From positions 1,932-65,931 of the forward strand of contig CACFMO010000005.1 in the NCBI GenBank assembly GCA_902567495.1: 64,000 bases of DNA, written 5' to 3'. Shown in pieces: positions 43,247 through 51,693 of the stretch. A model generated the notes under the pieces. That model was not told the origin of the DNA. It was given only the letters and a program-made list of their open reading frames with translations, and made no database searches. The position numbers and the translations under genes were made by a program. Numbering within the stretch: position 1 is the stretch's first letter; each line of letters begins with the position of its first letter. Origin of the DNA: an uncultured Pelagibacteraceae bacterium. GTDB taxonomy: Bacteria; Pseudomonadota; Alphaproteobacteria; Pelagibacterales; Pelagibacteraceae.

Positions 43247-44395
43247 TTACCTGTGTGCAATATTTGTTTTTTTTAAATCTTTTATTGTTTTACATCCTAA
43301 TAATATCATGTCACGTCTAATCTCATCATGCATTCTTTGCAGCAAAGCTTCAACACCTTTTTGCCCCCCTGCGCCTAGGGCAAATAAATAGCCTTTACCA
43401 AAACTACACGCAGTAGCACCTAGAGATAAAGCTTTCAACACATGGGTTCCTCTTCTTATCCCACCGTCTAAAATTATTTCAATTTTACCCCCTACAGCAT
43501 CAGCTATAGCTGGTAATTGATCAAAGGGAGATCTTGAGCCATCTAATTGTCTTCCTCCATGATTAGATAACATTATTGCTGAGGCCCCGATCTCAACTGC
43601 TCTCTTTGCATCTGCAACAGACATAACTCCTTTTATTGCAAATGGTCCTCCCCATCTTTTAATACAATACTCAGCATCTGCCCAGTTCATCTTTGGATCA
43701 TATTGTTCGTTAATATATTCCATGACACCTTTGGCAATACTACTGCCTTTTTTTGTAAAATGAGAAACATTTGCTAACTGAAACTTTTCATGAGTTAAAT
43801 AATTTATGGACCACATTGGATGAGTAGCAAAACTTAAAAGGCTTTTTAAAGTTAATTTAGGTGGTGTGGTGAAGCCCCATCTATGGTCTCTCTCTCTGTT
43901 ACCTGCAACAACTGTATCTACAGTTAAACACATCGCCTTGAAGCCTGATCTCTTACAACGATCAATTAAATTATCGGTTAAACCTTTGTCTTTATGAATG
44001 TAAAGTTGAAACATCTTTGGGCCACCTGATATATTTGAAATTTCCTCAATTGAAGTGGTAGACATAGTTGACATGCTATAAATTGTTCCAAGTTTTTCAG
44101 CAGCTCTTGCACTCGCTTTATCTCCATCATGATGATAAAGCCTTTGCATAGCAGTTGGAGATAGAAATAGGGGCATTTTAATTTTTTGACCAAATACTTC
44201 AGTACCCATATCTGGTTCTCCAACACTTGTAAGAATACTTGGTACTAAATCGCATTTTGAAAATGCTTCTGTATTTCTTTTCAGAGTGGCTTCATCATCT
44301 GAGCCACCATCTATATAATGAAAAATAGGTGCGGGAAGATTTTTTTTTGCTAATTTTCTAAAATCATCAAAATTATAACAATCTTTTAAACTCAT
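43247..44395 (-). CDS. FMN-dependent L-2-hydroxyacid dehydrogenase/oxidase (LldD-like), copy B
   Basis: IFHYIDGGSDDE, SNHGGRQLDG, and GGIRRGTHVLKALSLGA. Collinear with E. coli LldD as I recall it. Confidence 0.9.
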   Translation of the reverse strand: MSLKDCYNFDDFRKLAKKNLPAPIFHYIDGGSDDEATLKRNTEAFSKCDLVPSILTSVGEPDMGTEVFGQKIKMPLFLSPTAMQRLYHHDGDKASARAAEKLGTIYSMSTMSTTSIEEISNISGGPKMFQLYIHKDKGLTDNLIDRCKRSGFKAMCLTVDTVVAGNRERDHRWGFTTPPKLTLKSLLSFATHPMWSINYLTHEKFQLANVSHFTKKGSSIAKGVMEYINEQYDPKMNWADAEYCIKRWGGPFAIKGVMSVADAKRAVEIGASAIMLSNHGGRQLDGSRSPFDQLPAIADAVGGKIEIILDGGIRRGTHVLKALSLGATACSFGKGYLFALGAGGQKGVEALLQRMHDEIRRDMILLGCKTIKDLKKTNIAHR

Positions 44396-45546
44396 ACTTT
44401 TCTAAATCTTAAATTTTTTCTGCTTAAATCACTTATCTTAGTGCATCCCATAAGCTTCATATCTCTCTCTAATTCTACACGATACTGGTTAAGAGCTCTT
44501 TCAACACCAGCTTGACCAGCTGCTGCAAGGGCGTAAAGATATAATCTCCCCCCTGCACAGGCTTTGGCTCCCATTGATAAAGCTTTAAGCATATGTGTTC
44601 CTCTTTGAATACCACCTTCACAAATTACATCTATTTTGTCACCGACAGCGTCAATAATTTCTGCTAATTGATCGAAAGGAGATCTGGCCCCGTCTAGCTG
44701 TCTTCCTCCATGATTTGAAACCATAATTCCTGAACATCCAATATCAACTGCTCTTTTTGCATCTTCAACACTCATAATACCTTTAAGAGCAAAGTGTCCT
44801 CCCCACTTAGAACAAAGATTTTCCGCATCTTTCCAGTTCATTGATTGATCAAGCATTGTTGAAAAATAATTTCCGACAGATGTAGCGGTACTAGTTCCCT
44901 CTTTTACGTGATCTTGAAGGTGAGGTAACTCAAATTTTCCTCTAGTAACATAATTAATTCCCCACATTGGTTTTATTGCAAAACTTATCAAACTTGAAAG
45001 TGTAAGTTTAGGCGGTGATGTAAACCCGGTTCTAAGATCTCTTTCTCTATTACCTCCTGTTATAGTATCCACAGTTAGTGCCATAACATCAAATTTTGCA
45101 GCTTTAACTCTCTCGACGATAGCATTGTTTAGCCCTTTATCTTTATGATAATAAAATTGAAATAGTTTTGGAGTATTAACAACTGACGAGATTTCCTCGA
45201 CACTTACAGTTGCCAATGATGAAACACCAAACATTGTGTTAAACTTTTGTGCTGCTTGTCCAACAGCTCTTTCTCCTTGGTAATGAAATAGTCTCTGTAA
45301 AGCTGTAGGCGAACAATAAAAAGGTAAATCTAATTTTTTTCCAAATATTGTAGTTGAAAGATCAACTTCTTCCACACCTCTTAAAACATTTGGTACTAGA
45401 TCAACCTCATTGAATGCTTCGGTGTTTCTTTTGTATGTAACTTCATCATCCGCTGCGCCATCTATATAATGAAAAATTGGCGATGGTAACTTTCTTTTTG
45501 CAAGTTTTCTAAAATCGCTAAAGTTATGACAATCTTTTAGTCCCAT
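44392..45546 (-). CDS. FMN-dependent L-2-hydroxyacid dehydrogenase/oxidase (LldD-like), copy A
   Basis: IFHYIDGAADDE, SNHGGRQLDG, and GGIQRGTHMLKALSMGA. ATGA overlap with copy B. Confidence 0.9.
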   Translation of the reverse strand: MGLKDCHNFSDFRKLAKRKLPSPIFHYIDGAADDEVTYKRNTEAFNEVDLVPNVLRGVEEVDLSTTIFGKKLDLPFYCSPTALQRLFHYQGERAVGQAAQKFNTMFGVSSLATVSVEEISSVVNTPKLFQFYYHKDKGLNNAIVERVKAAKFDVMALTVDTITGGNRERDLRTGFTSPPKLTLSSLISFAIKPMWGINYVTRGKFELPHLQDHVKEGTSTATSVGNYFSTMLDQSMNWKDAENLCSKWGGHFALKGIMSVEDAKRAVDIGCSGIMVSNHGGRQLDGARSPFDQLAEIIDAVGDKIDVICEGGIQRGTHMLKALSMGAKACAGGRLYLYALAAAGQAGVERALNQYRVELERDMKLMGCTKISDLSRKNLRFRKV

Positions 45547-45556
45547 GAATTAAATA

Positions 45557-46057
45557 TTAGAATTTTTTTAAAAAATTGAACATGTAACTATTAGCCCCAG
45601 GATTTTTATCTCCCAAACTAGCATTAGATACATGGTTATATGACATCCCGAAATTTGTAGTTTCTCCTAAATCCATTGACATTTGAACTTCACTTTTAAA
45701 CTCTAAAGGGTGTCCTAAATCTTTTCCATCACCTTGGCTATAAATACCGGGTGCAAAACTTGGTGTGATTTTAAATGGTCCTAAATCATAATTTGCTTCG
45801 ATACCTGTGTAAATATAGGCTGCAGAGTCCTGTGTAACCATCATTCCTGTAATCGGAGAAACTCTTCCGATTAATGTATCTTTATATAAATTCTCATTTT
45901 GGTGTTCTACCCCAAAAAGTTGTGAACTTTTTTTGTCATCACTAAAATCAAACATACCAGTATAGAAATTAAAACCTGATCTAGCTTCATCAGCAAATGC
46001 ATTATTAACTCCACAAGATAAAAGTACAAACGTTGCAATAGAAATTTTAAGTCTCAT
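45557..46057 (-). CDS. Outer-membrane acyloxyacyl hydrolase / lipid A 3-O-deacylase (PagL-like)
   Basis: Signal peptide, a small beta-barrel-like alternating pattern, a C-terminal HVSNAS motif (His/Ser pair as in PagL HxSN), and a terminal aromatic residue. Confidence 0.55.
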   Translation of the reverse strand: MRLKISIATFVLLSCGVNNAFADEARSGFNFYTGMFDFSDDKKSSQLFGVEHQNENLYKDTLIGRVSPITGMMVTQDSAAYIYTGIEANYDLGPFKITPSFAPGIYSQGDGKDLGHPLEFKSEVQMSMDLGETTNFGMSYNHVSNASLGDKNPGANSYMFNFLKKF

Positions 46058-46106
46058 ATTTATATAAAGTTACAATTTAAAAAAAGAATTGTATACAGTT
46101 TTATTT

Positions 46107-46472
46107 TTAAGGTCTAATTTTTGGTTTTTTTATCAAGAAAAATAAAAAAATAATACCCAAAAAAAATAGTAAATAGGGCAAAAACCATAACAGAAAGCTA
46201 TTTTTCTTAAGTGGCGGATTTAATAATATCCAATCTCCATACTTTTCAGATAAAAATGTGTAAATTTCTCTTTCATTATTTCCCTCTTTAATTTTATCTT
46301 TCACAACACTCTTAATTGTCAAAGCAAAATCAGAATTAGAATCATGTACCGTCTGGCCTTGACAAACTAAACATCGAAGATTTTTTAAAATTTCGTTACT
46401 TAAATTTTCATCACCATAGCTTTCCGAAAAGATTAATAAAAATAGAATTAGTGCTTTAATTATACTTTTCAT
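46107..46472 (-). CDS. ccmH: Cytochrome c maturation protein CcmH (CycL)
   Basis: Signal peptide, LRCLVCQGQ redox motif, C-terminal TM anchor. Confidence 0.85.
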   Translation of the reverse strand: MKSIIKALILFLLIFSESYGDENLSNEILKNLRCLVCQGQTVHDSNSDFALTIKSVVKDKIKEGNNEREIYTFLSEKYGDWILLNPPLKKNSFLLWFLPYLLFFLGIIFLFFLIKKPKIRP

Positions 46473-46987
46473 TTTTTTACTATTTTTCTAATTTCGTTTA
46501 CATCATTAATATTGAGTGGACCGATATATTTTTTCAAAATTTTTAATTTAGAGTCAATTAATATTGTTTCTGGTATTCCATAAACACCAAAGTTTACAGA
46601 ATTTTTTCCATTTTTATCTTCTGCAAGAATATCAAAAGGGTTGCCGTTTTCTCTTAAAAAATTTCTTGCATTATCTTTTTCATCTTTGAAATTAACACCA
46701 ATTAATTTTAAGTTTTTAATTTTACTCAATCTAACTAAATTTGGATGTTCTTTTCTACAAGGACCACACCATGATGCCCAAAAATTCAAAATTGTAAATT
46801 CATTATTTGTTAACTCTTTAGTATTAAAAGTTTCATTAGACTGGAATAAATTTATCTCTACCTCAGATATTTTTTTTCCAACTAAATCTTGGGTATTATA
46901 AATTTTTTCATTTCCTAAACTAAGATAAAGAACGATAAAAAGTAATGAAAATAATACAGATATAATTATATAATTAATTTTTTTCAT
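46469..46987 (-). CDS. ccmG: Thiol:disulfide oxidoreductase CcmG/DsbE
   Basis: N-terminal anchor, the thioredoxin motif WASWCGPCRKEHP, and GVYGIPETILID. Confidence 0.88.
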   Translation of the reverse strand: MKKINYIIISVLFSLLFIVLYLSLGNEKIYNTQDLVGKKISEVEINLFQSNETFNTKELTNNEFTILNFWASWCGPCRKEHPNLVRLSKIKNLKLIGVNFKDEKDNARNFLRENGNPFDILAEDKNGKNSVNFGVYGIPETILIDSKLKILKKYIGPLNINDVNEIRKIVKK

Positions 46988-48858
46988 CTTTTTTTTCTTT
47001 TAAAAAAATTTAATACTCCCCCTAAAGATAGCAGTAAAACTGATAACCAAATCAAATTCATAAAAGGTTTTACTTGAAATTTAATATTAAACACATCTGT
47101 GTCTGATATGTTGCTCATAGTCAGGTAAGTATCTGAAAATAAATTAGAATTTATTGAAGCCTCGTAGGTAATAGTAAAAGGCTTGTCGTAAACTCTTATT
47201 TCAGGTTTAAGTTCTTTTGAAGTGAAGTTTTTTTTATTTGAGACATTAAAATAGCCAATAATAGATTTGTAGTTTTTTATTGATTGTTCCTCTAAATTTA
47301 CGAATTTTATTGTGTAATAATCTGTCTTTTTTGTTTCTCCTAATTTTAAATTAAAATTATTTTCTACTGAAAATATATGGTTTATGTAAATAAAGAATAT
47401 AAGTAATCCAAATCCCAAATGAGATATTATTCTTGAAATATTTATATTCTTTTTTTTGAAGCTTTCATAAAAATCAAAAAGTGTTTGCGTAATAAGGTAA
47501 ATAGAAAAAAATAATATTAAATTTATTAAAAAGTTATTCTCTTTGATAAAAAAAAAGGTAATTAAAAATAAAGTAACTGATAAAACTAAAACTAGGTTAA
47601 ATAACGACCTTATTTCATTTGAAATCCATTTATAATTTGGTCCTGATGTCATTAAAAATAAGAGTGGTATCAAAAAAGGCGCTAAAATAAGATTATAGTA
47701 TGGTGGCCCAACTGATATCTTGGATCCTGTAATAGTATCAAGAAGAACCGGATAAAGTGTTCCAATCAAAACCACTCCTAAAAAAAAGATCATAAACCAG
47801 TTGTTTGCAATTATAAAAGCTTCTTTTGAAAAGATGGAGTATTTTTTATCTTCTTTTGGAGAAAATTTGAAAAAAATAAATATCGAGGAGAAAACCATAA
47901 GTACTAAAAAACTTAAAATAAAAAGACCTCTAGAGGGATCACTAGCAAACGTATGAACAGAATTCAAAATGCCTGACCTAACTAAAAATGTTCCTGTCAC
48001 ACTCATAGTAAAAGTTAAAATACTTAATACTATCACCCAAGAGTAAAGTCCTATTCTTCTCTCCAACACTAGTATTGAATGAAGAAGAGCCGTCATAACA
48101 AACCAAGGCATCAAAGATGAATTTTCAACTGGATCCCAAAACCAATATCCGCCCCAACCCAATTCATAGTATGCCCAGATAGAACCAACTAATATTCCGA
48201 CGGTTTGAAAAAACCAAGAAACTAAAACCCAAGATTTAATAGAGACTGCAAATGATTGTGAGTCAATTTTTGAAATTAAAGCTGCTAAGGCTGCTGAAAA
48301 GTAAATAGATGAACCAACAAAACCAACATAAAGTAAAGGGGGGTGAATTGCTAAAGCTGGATCTTGTAAAATTGGATTCAAACCTAAACCTTCTAAAGGG
48401 ACTGGAAATAGTCCAGAAAATGGATTTGAATTGGTCAATAAAAAAATAAGAAAAGTAGTAATCAATAAATTTTGGAACAATAGAGTTAAAACTTTAAAAC
48501 TTTTATCATTATTTTTAGTTAAAAATAAAAACAGAGAAGAAAATAAAACCAAAATATTTATCCATAATAATAAACTTCCTTCATGATTCCCCCAGGTGCC
48601 TGAAATTTTATAAAATAAAGGTTTGTTTGAATGAGAATTTTCATAAACATTTACTAAAGAAAAATCTGATAAAATATAAGCTAATAGAAGAACGAAAAAG
48701 CTTGAGATAGAAAAAAATAGTTGAAATAAAGTAAATTTATAAATTTTTGAAGGGATTAAATTATTTACTACTTTAAATTCCTTAAATGTAAAAAAAATTA
48801 TAAAAAGACTTGTAAATAATGTTCCAATTGTAAATAATATACCTAAATTACTTAGCAT
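46984..48858 (-). CDS. ccmF: Cytochrome c heme lyase subunit CcmF
   Basis: 624 aa, polytopic, with the W-rich WGGYWFWDPVEN motif. Confidence 0.93.
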   Translation of the reverse strand: MLSNLGILFTIGTLFTSLFIIFFTFKEFKVVNNLIPSKIYKFTLFQLFFSISSFFVLLLAYILSDFSLVNVYENSHSNKPLFYKISGTWGNHEGSLLLWINILVLFSSLFLFLTKNNDKSFKVLTLLFQNLLITTFLIFLLTNSNPFSGLFPVPLEGLGLNPILQDPALAIHPPLLYVGFVGSSIYFSAALAALISKIDSQSFAVSIKSWVLVSWFFQTVGILVGSIWAYYELGWGGYWFWDPVENSSLMPWFVMTALLHSILVLERRIGLYSWVIVLSILTFTMSVTGTFLVRSGILNSVHTFASDPSRGLFILSFLVLMVFSSIFIFFKFSPKEDKKYSIFSKEAFIIANNWFMIFFLGVVLIGTLYPVLLDTITGSKISVGPPYYNLILAPFLIPLLFLMTSGPNYKWISNEIRSLFNLVLVLSVTLFLITFFFIKENNFLINLILFFSIYLITQTLFDFYESFKKKNINISRIISHLGFGLLIFFIYINHIFSVENNFNLKLGETKKTDYYTIKFVNLEEQSIKNYKSIIGYFNVSNKKNFTSKELKPEIRVYDKPFTITYEASINSNLFSDTYLTMSNISDTDVFNIKFQVKPFMNLIWLSVLLLSLGGVLNFFKRKKR

Positions 48859-49276
48859 CTTTATTTGAATTTCCCCTTAATTCTGGTGGCATATAATTTT
48901 CATCATGTTTTGCTAAAATTCTTTTTGCTATAAAAAATTTTTTATCTCGTAATTTTCCTTCTGCAACTACACCTTTTCCTTCTGCAAAAAGAGCTGGAAC
49001 AGTTCCAGAATAACTTACAATTATTTCATTGCTTAAATCTGTAACTACAAATTTTATCTCAGTTTCGTTGCTTTGAATGGACCCTTTTTTTACCATACCA
49101 CCAACTCTTATTTTTTTATTTAAATCTATGTCATTGGTATTTTTTATTTCTGAAGGAGAATAAAAATATAAAACATTATCTTCTAAAACTTTAAATACTA
49201 AAAAAATTAAAAATACACTGATAGCTGATAAAGTTAGTAAGATTGATAATCTAATTTTTACCTTTTTTAAAAGCAT
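48848..49276 (-). CDS. ccmE: Heme chaperone CcmE
   Basis: N-terminal anchor, an OB-fold region, and the heme-binding His in LAKHDENYMPPE. Confidence 0.92.
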   Translation of the reverse strand: MLLKKVKIRLSILLTLSAISVFLIFLVFKVLEDNVLYFYSPSEIKNTNDIDLNKKIRVGGMVKKGSIQSNETEIKFVVTDLSNEIIVSYSGTVPALFAEGKGVVAEGKLRDKKFFIAKRILAKHDENYMPPELRGNSNKDAK

Positions 49277-49291
49277 TTCAGAAATGCTGGA

Positions 49292-49519
49292 TTAACTTCT
49301 TGAGTGTGAAATTAAAATTTCCTTGGCAATTTTTTGTTTTCTTATGTCTTCAAATTGTTCCTCAGGAAGATTTTGTGCTTCTTTTATAAAATCTTTTTCT
49401 AATTTTTTAAGAGTTTTTTTTGTTCGTATATACAAAAATAGACAAACTAAAAATGTAAATCCAAATGAAGACCACACGTATACACCGTATCCATCCATTA
49501 AAAAAATTTCAAAACTCAT
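49292..49519 (-). CDS. ccmD: Heme exporter protein CcmD (long form)
   Basis: GYGVYVWSSFGFTFLVCLFLY single TM helix, typical of CcmD. ATGA overlap with ccmC. 75 aa because of a charged C-terminal tail. Confidence 0.7.
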   Translation of the reverse strand: MSFEIFLMDGYGVYVWSSFGFTFLVCLFLYIRTKKTLKKLEKDFIKEAQNLPEEQFEDIRKQKIAKEILISHSRS

Positions 49520-50223
49520 AGTTTTCTTATACCTTTTCTCTTAATTCTAATTGTTTCTATTCTATATTTCATTAGAAAAATTACCGCAACATACATAATA
49601 AGCGCGAATAACATAAGCCCCAGTGGAATTAGCATTGAAAAATGCACTGTTGTTTCCCTAGTAAGACTAATGCTTGAGGGTTGATGTAAAGTTGACCACC
49701 ACTCAACAGAGTATTTTATAATAATTAGATTTATTAAACCTAGTACGGATATTAAAGTACAAGCTTTAATTGACCTATCTGGATTATTTATAAATTTATA
49801 TGAAAATATAAAAGCAATGTAAAAAAACATTAAAACTAACATTGAGGTTAATCTTGCATCCCATGCCCACCAAGTACCCCATGTTGGTTGTCCCCAAATA
49901 GATCCTGTAACTATTGCTATAATATTAAAAGTAAGACCTATAGGCGCAAGACTTTTATAAATTAATGTAACATTCTTTAATTTAAATAAAAAATTAAGAA
50001 TGCAGAAAAAACTTATCGCTGCAAAACTTAATAAAGAAATCCAAGCTGAAGGAACATGAATATACATAATTCTTACCGTATCACCCTGAATGTAATCTTC
50101 AGGAGATAAAAATAGTGAAAAAATTAGTCCAACAACTACGATTGGAAGTAGGAAGGCTTTAAAAAGATTTAAAAGCTTTCCTGAAAGTTTAAAAACATAA
50201 CTAGGATTTAAAAATTTAATCAT
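49516..50223 (-). CDS. ccmC: Heme exporter protein CcmC
   Basis: W-rich motif WGQPTWGTWWAWDARLTS, 6 TM helices, 235 aa. Confidence 0.92.
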   Translation of the reverse strand: MIKFLNPSYVFKLSGKLLNLFKAFLLPIVVVGLIFSLFLSPEDYIQGDTVRIMYIHVPSAWISLLSFAAISFFCILNFLFKLKNVTLIYKSLAPIGLTFNIIAIVTGSIWGQPTWGTWWAWDARLTSMLVLMFFYIAFIFSYKFINNPDRSIKACTLISVLGLINLIIIKYSVEWWSTLHQPSSISLTRETTVHFSMLIPLGLMLFALIMYVAVIFLMKYRIETIRIKRKGIRKL

Positions 50224-50273
50224 CCTTTTTTATTTATCTGATTTTAATTAATTTGAGAATGGTACATTTTGTT

Positions 50274-50327
50274 GGTCTAGTTGAAGTCTGAGGGAGATAA
50301 GGAAGTAAGAATTGACCCCAACTAGAC
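50274..50327. ncRNA. Candidate structured RNA core (long hairpin) within a 178-bp spacer
   Basis: A 9-bp stem GTCTAGTTG (50275-83) / CAACTAGAC (50319-27) encloses a 35-nt loop. The loop is purine-rich on + (GAGGGAGATAAGGAAGTAAG) and CU-rich on -. The spacer is about 38% GC and unusually long for this genome. Strand and function are unknown. Confidence 0.25.
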
Positions 50328-50401
50328 ACTAACGCTATTAAACTATTCGTGATTTTAGTCGGAGTTTTGAGTGAATCTTGTTAAATTTGTGGCAAAACGA
50401 A

Positions 50402-50722
50402 TTAATTAGACGGTTTATAATAAACCGATCCCCGTTTTTCTGAAAAGAACTCATCTACTAAAGGGTGTCTGATTGGTTCTTTCGAATTATCAGTTATTAA
50501 ATTTTGTTCAGAAACATACGCTTCATAAGTAATTTCATTATTCTCGGCCAATAAATGATAGAAGGGCTGATCTTTTCTCGGTCTAACATCTTTTGGGATT
50601 GATTGATACCATTCCTCAGAATTATTAAATTCAAAGTCAACGTCATAAATTACACCCCTAAAATTAAAGTGTCTATGTTTAACAACATTTCCAATTGAAA
50701 ATTTAGCTTTTTTTGAATCCAT
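50402..50722 (-). CDS. hspQ: Heat-shock protein HspQ / YccV-like hemimethylated-DNA-binding domain protein
   Basis: FSIGNVVKHRHFNFRGVIYDVD...PFYHLLAENNE...YVSEQNL is collinear with E. coli HspQ as I recall it. Confidence 0.8.
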   Translation of the reverse strand: MDSKKAKFSIGNVVKHRHFNFRGVIYDVDFEFNNSEEWYQSIPKDVRPRKDQPFYHLLAENNEITYEAYVSEQNLITDNSKEPIRHPLVDEFFSEKRGSVYYKPSN

Positions 50723-50800
50723 TAAGTAAACATAGTAACATTTTTGATAAAATCAATATATTAAATTTAAATTAAATTTCTTTTATGATAGCTTTTTCTT

Positions 50801-51352
50801 GTGAATAAATCTTTTATCAAACTACTAACAGATTTTGGTCCACTACTAATTTTTTTTATTGTGTATTATCGAGGGGGTAAAAACTTGCAGGTAGCTATAC
50901 CGCCGCTAATAATTGCAACAATTGTTGCGGTAATTATCGTTTATTACTTGGAAAAAAAAATACCTTATGTTCCTCTTTTAGGAGCAATACTGGTAACTAT
51001 ATTCGGGGGACTCACCATTTTTTTTAAAAATCCGATTTTTATATATTTAAAACCTACAATTATAAATATTTTGTTTGCAGCAGGTTTATTAATAGGAAAA
51101 TTATTTTTTAAAAGAAATTTTCTTCAATTATTTTTAGGTGGCTCTATTAAATTAGAAAATATAGGTTGGGATAAACTAATGTTTAGATGGGCTTCTTTTT
51201 TTGTTTTTTTAGCAATTCTAAATGAATTTGTATGGAGAACACAAACGGAAGAGTTTTGGATCAATTTTAAGGTATGGGGCATATTACCAATTACTCTATT
51301 ATTTACTATTTTTCAGTTACCATTAATTAAAAGGCACAAAATAGATGACTAA
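50801..51352 (+). CDS. yciB: Intracellular septation protein A (YciB/IspZ family)
   Basis: LLTDFGPLLIFFIVY N-terminus, 5 TM helices, 183 aa, GTG start. Confidence 0.82.
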   Translation: MNKSFIKLLTDFGPLLIFFIVYYRGGKNLQVAIPPLIIATIVAVIIVYYLEKKIPYVPLLGAILVTIFGGLTIFFKNPIFIYLKPTIINILFAAGLLIGKLFFKRNFLQLFLGGSIKLENIGWDKLMFRWASFFVFLAILNEFVWRTQTEEFWINFKVWGILPITLLFTIFQLPLIKRHKIDD

Positions 51353-51689
51353 TAAGTTGCGTCTTGTAATAAATAATAATTTTGACAAAAAAGAAGTTTT
51401 TTTTATAAAAAAAGAACTTAGGTCTATATTAAATCTTTATGCTCAAAAAGTTTCTTTAGGAGACTGGAAGGATTATGGGTTATCAATAAATAAAAAAGAG
51501 GTTACATTTGATATTTATCAAAGATCATCAGAAAAACCTGTTTACAGAATATCAAAAAATTTAGATCCAAAACGAAAAGATGAAAAATTTTATATTTTGG
51601 ACAGAAACGGTTTAATAGTTAAAAAATCGGAAAACCTTGAAAGTTTAATTAAAAAAGTAGATTGGAATAGATTAAGATTAATTAAATAG
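51345..51689 (+). CDS. Conserved alphaproteobacterial hypothetical protein (DUF2794-like)
   Basis: KKELRSILNLYAQKVSLGDWKDYGLS resembles the F-x-RRELxxILxxYGxxVAxGEWRDYA signature I recall for DUF2794. Overlaps yciB by 8 nt. Confidence 0.55.
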   Translation: MTNKLRLVINNNFDKKEVFFIKKELRSILNLYAQKVSLGDWKDYGLSINKKEVTFDIYQRSSEKPVYRISKNLDPKRKDEKFYILDRNGLIVKKSENLESLIKKVDWNRLRLIK

Positions 51690-51693
51690 ATTA

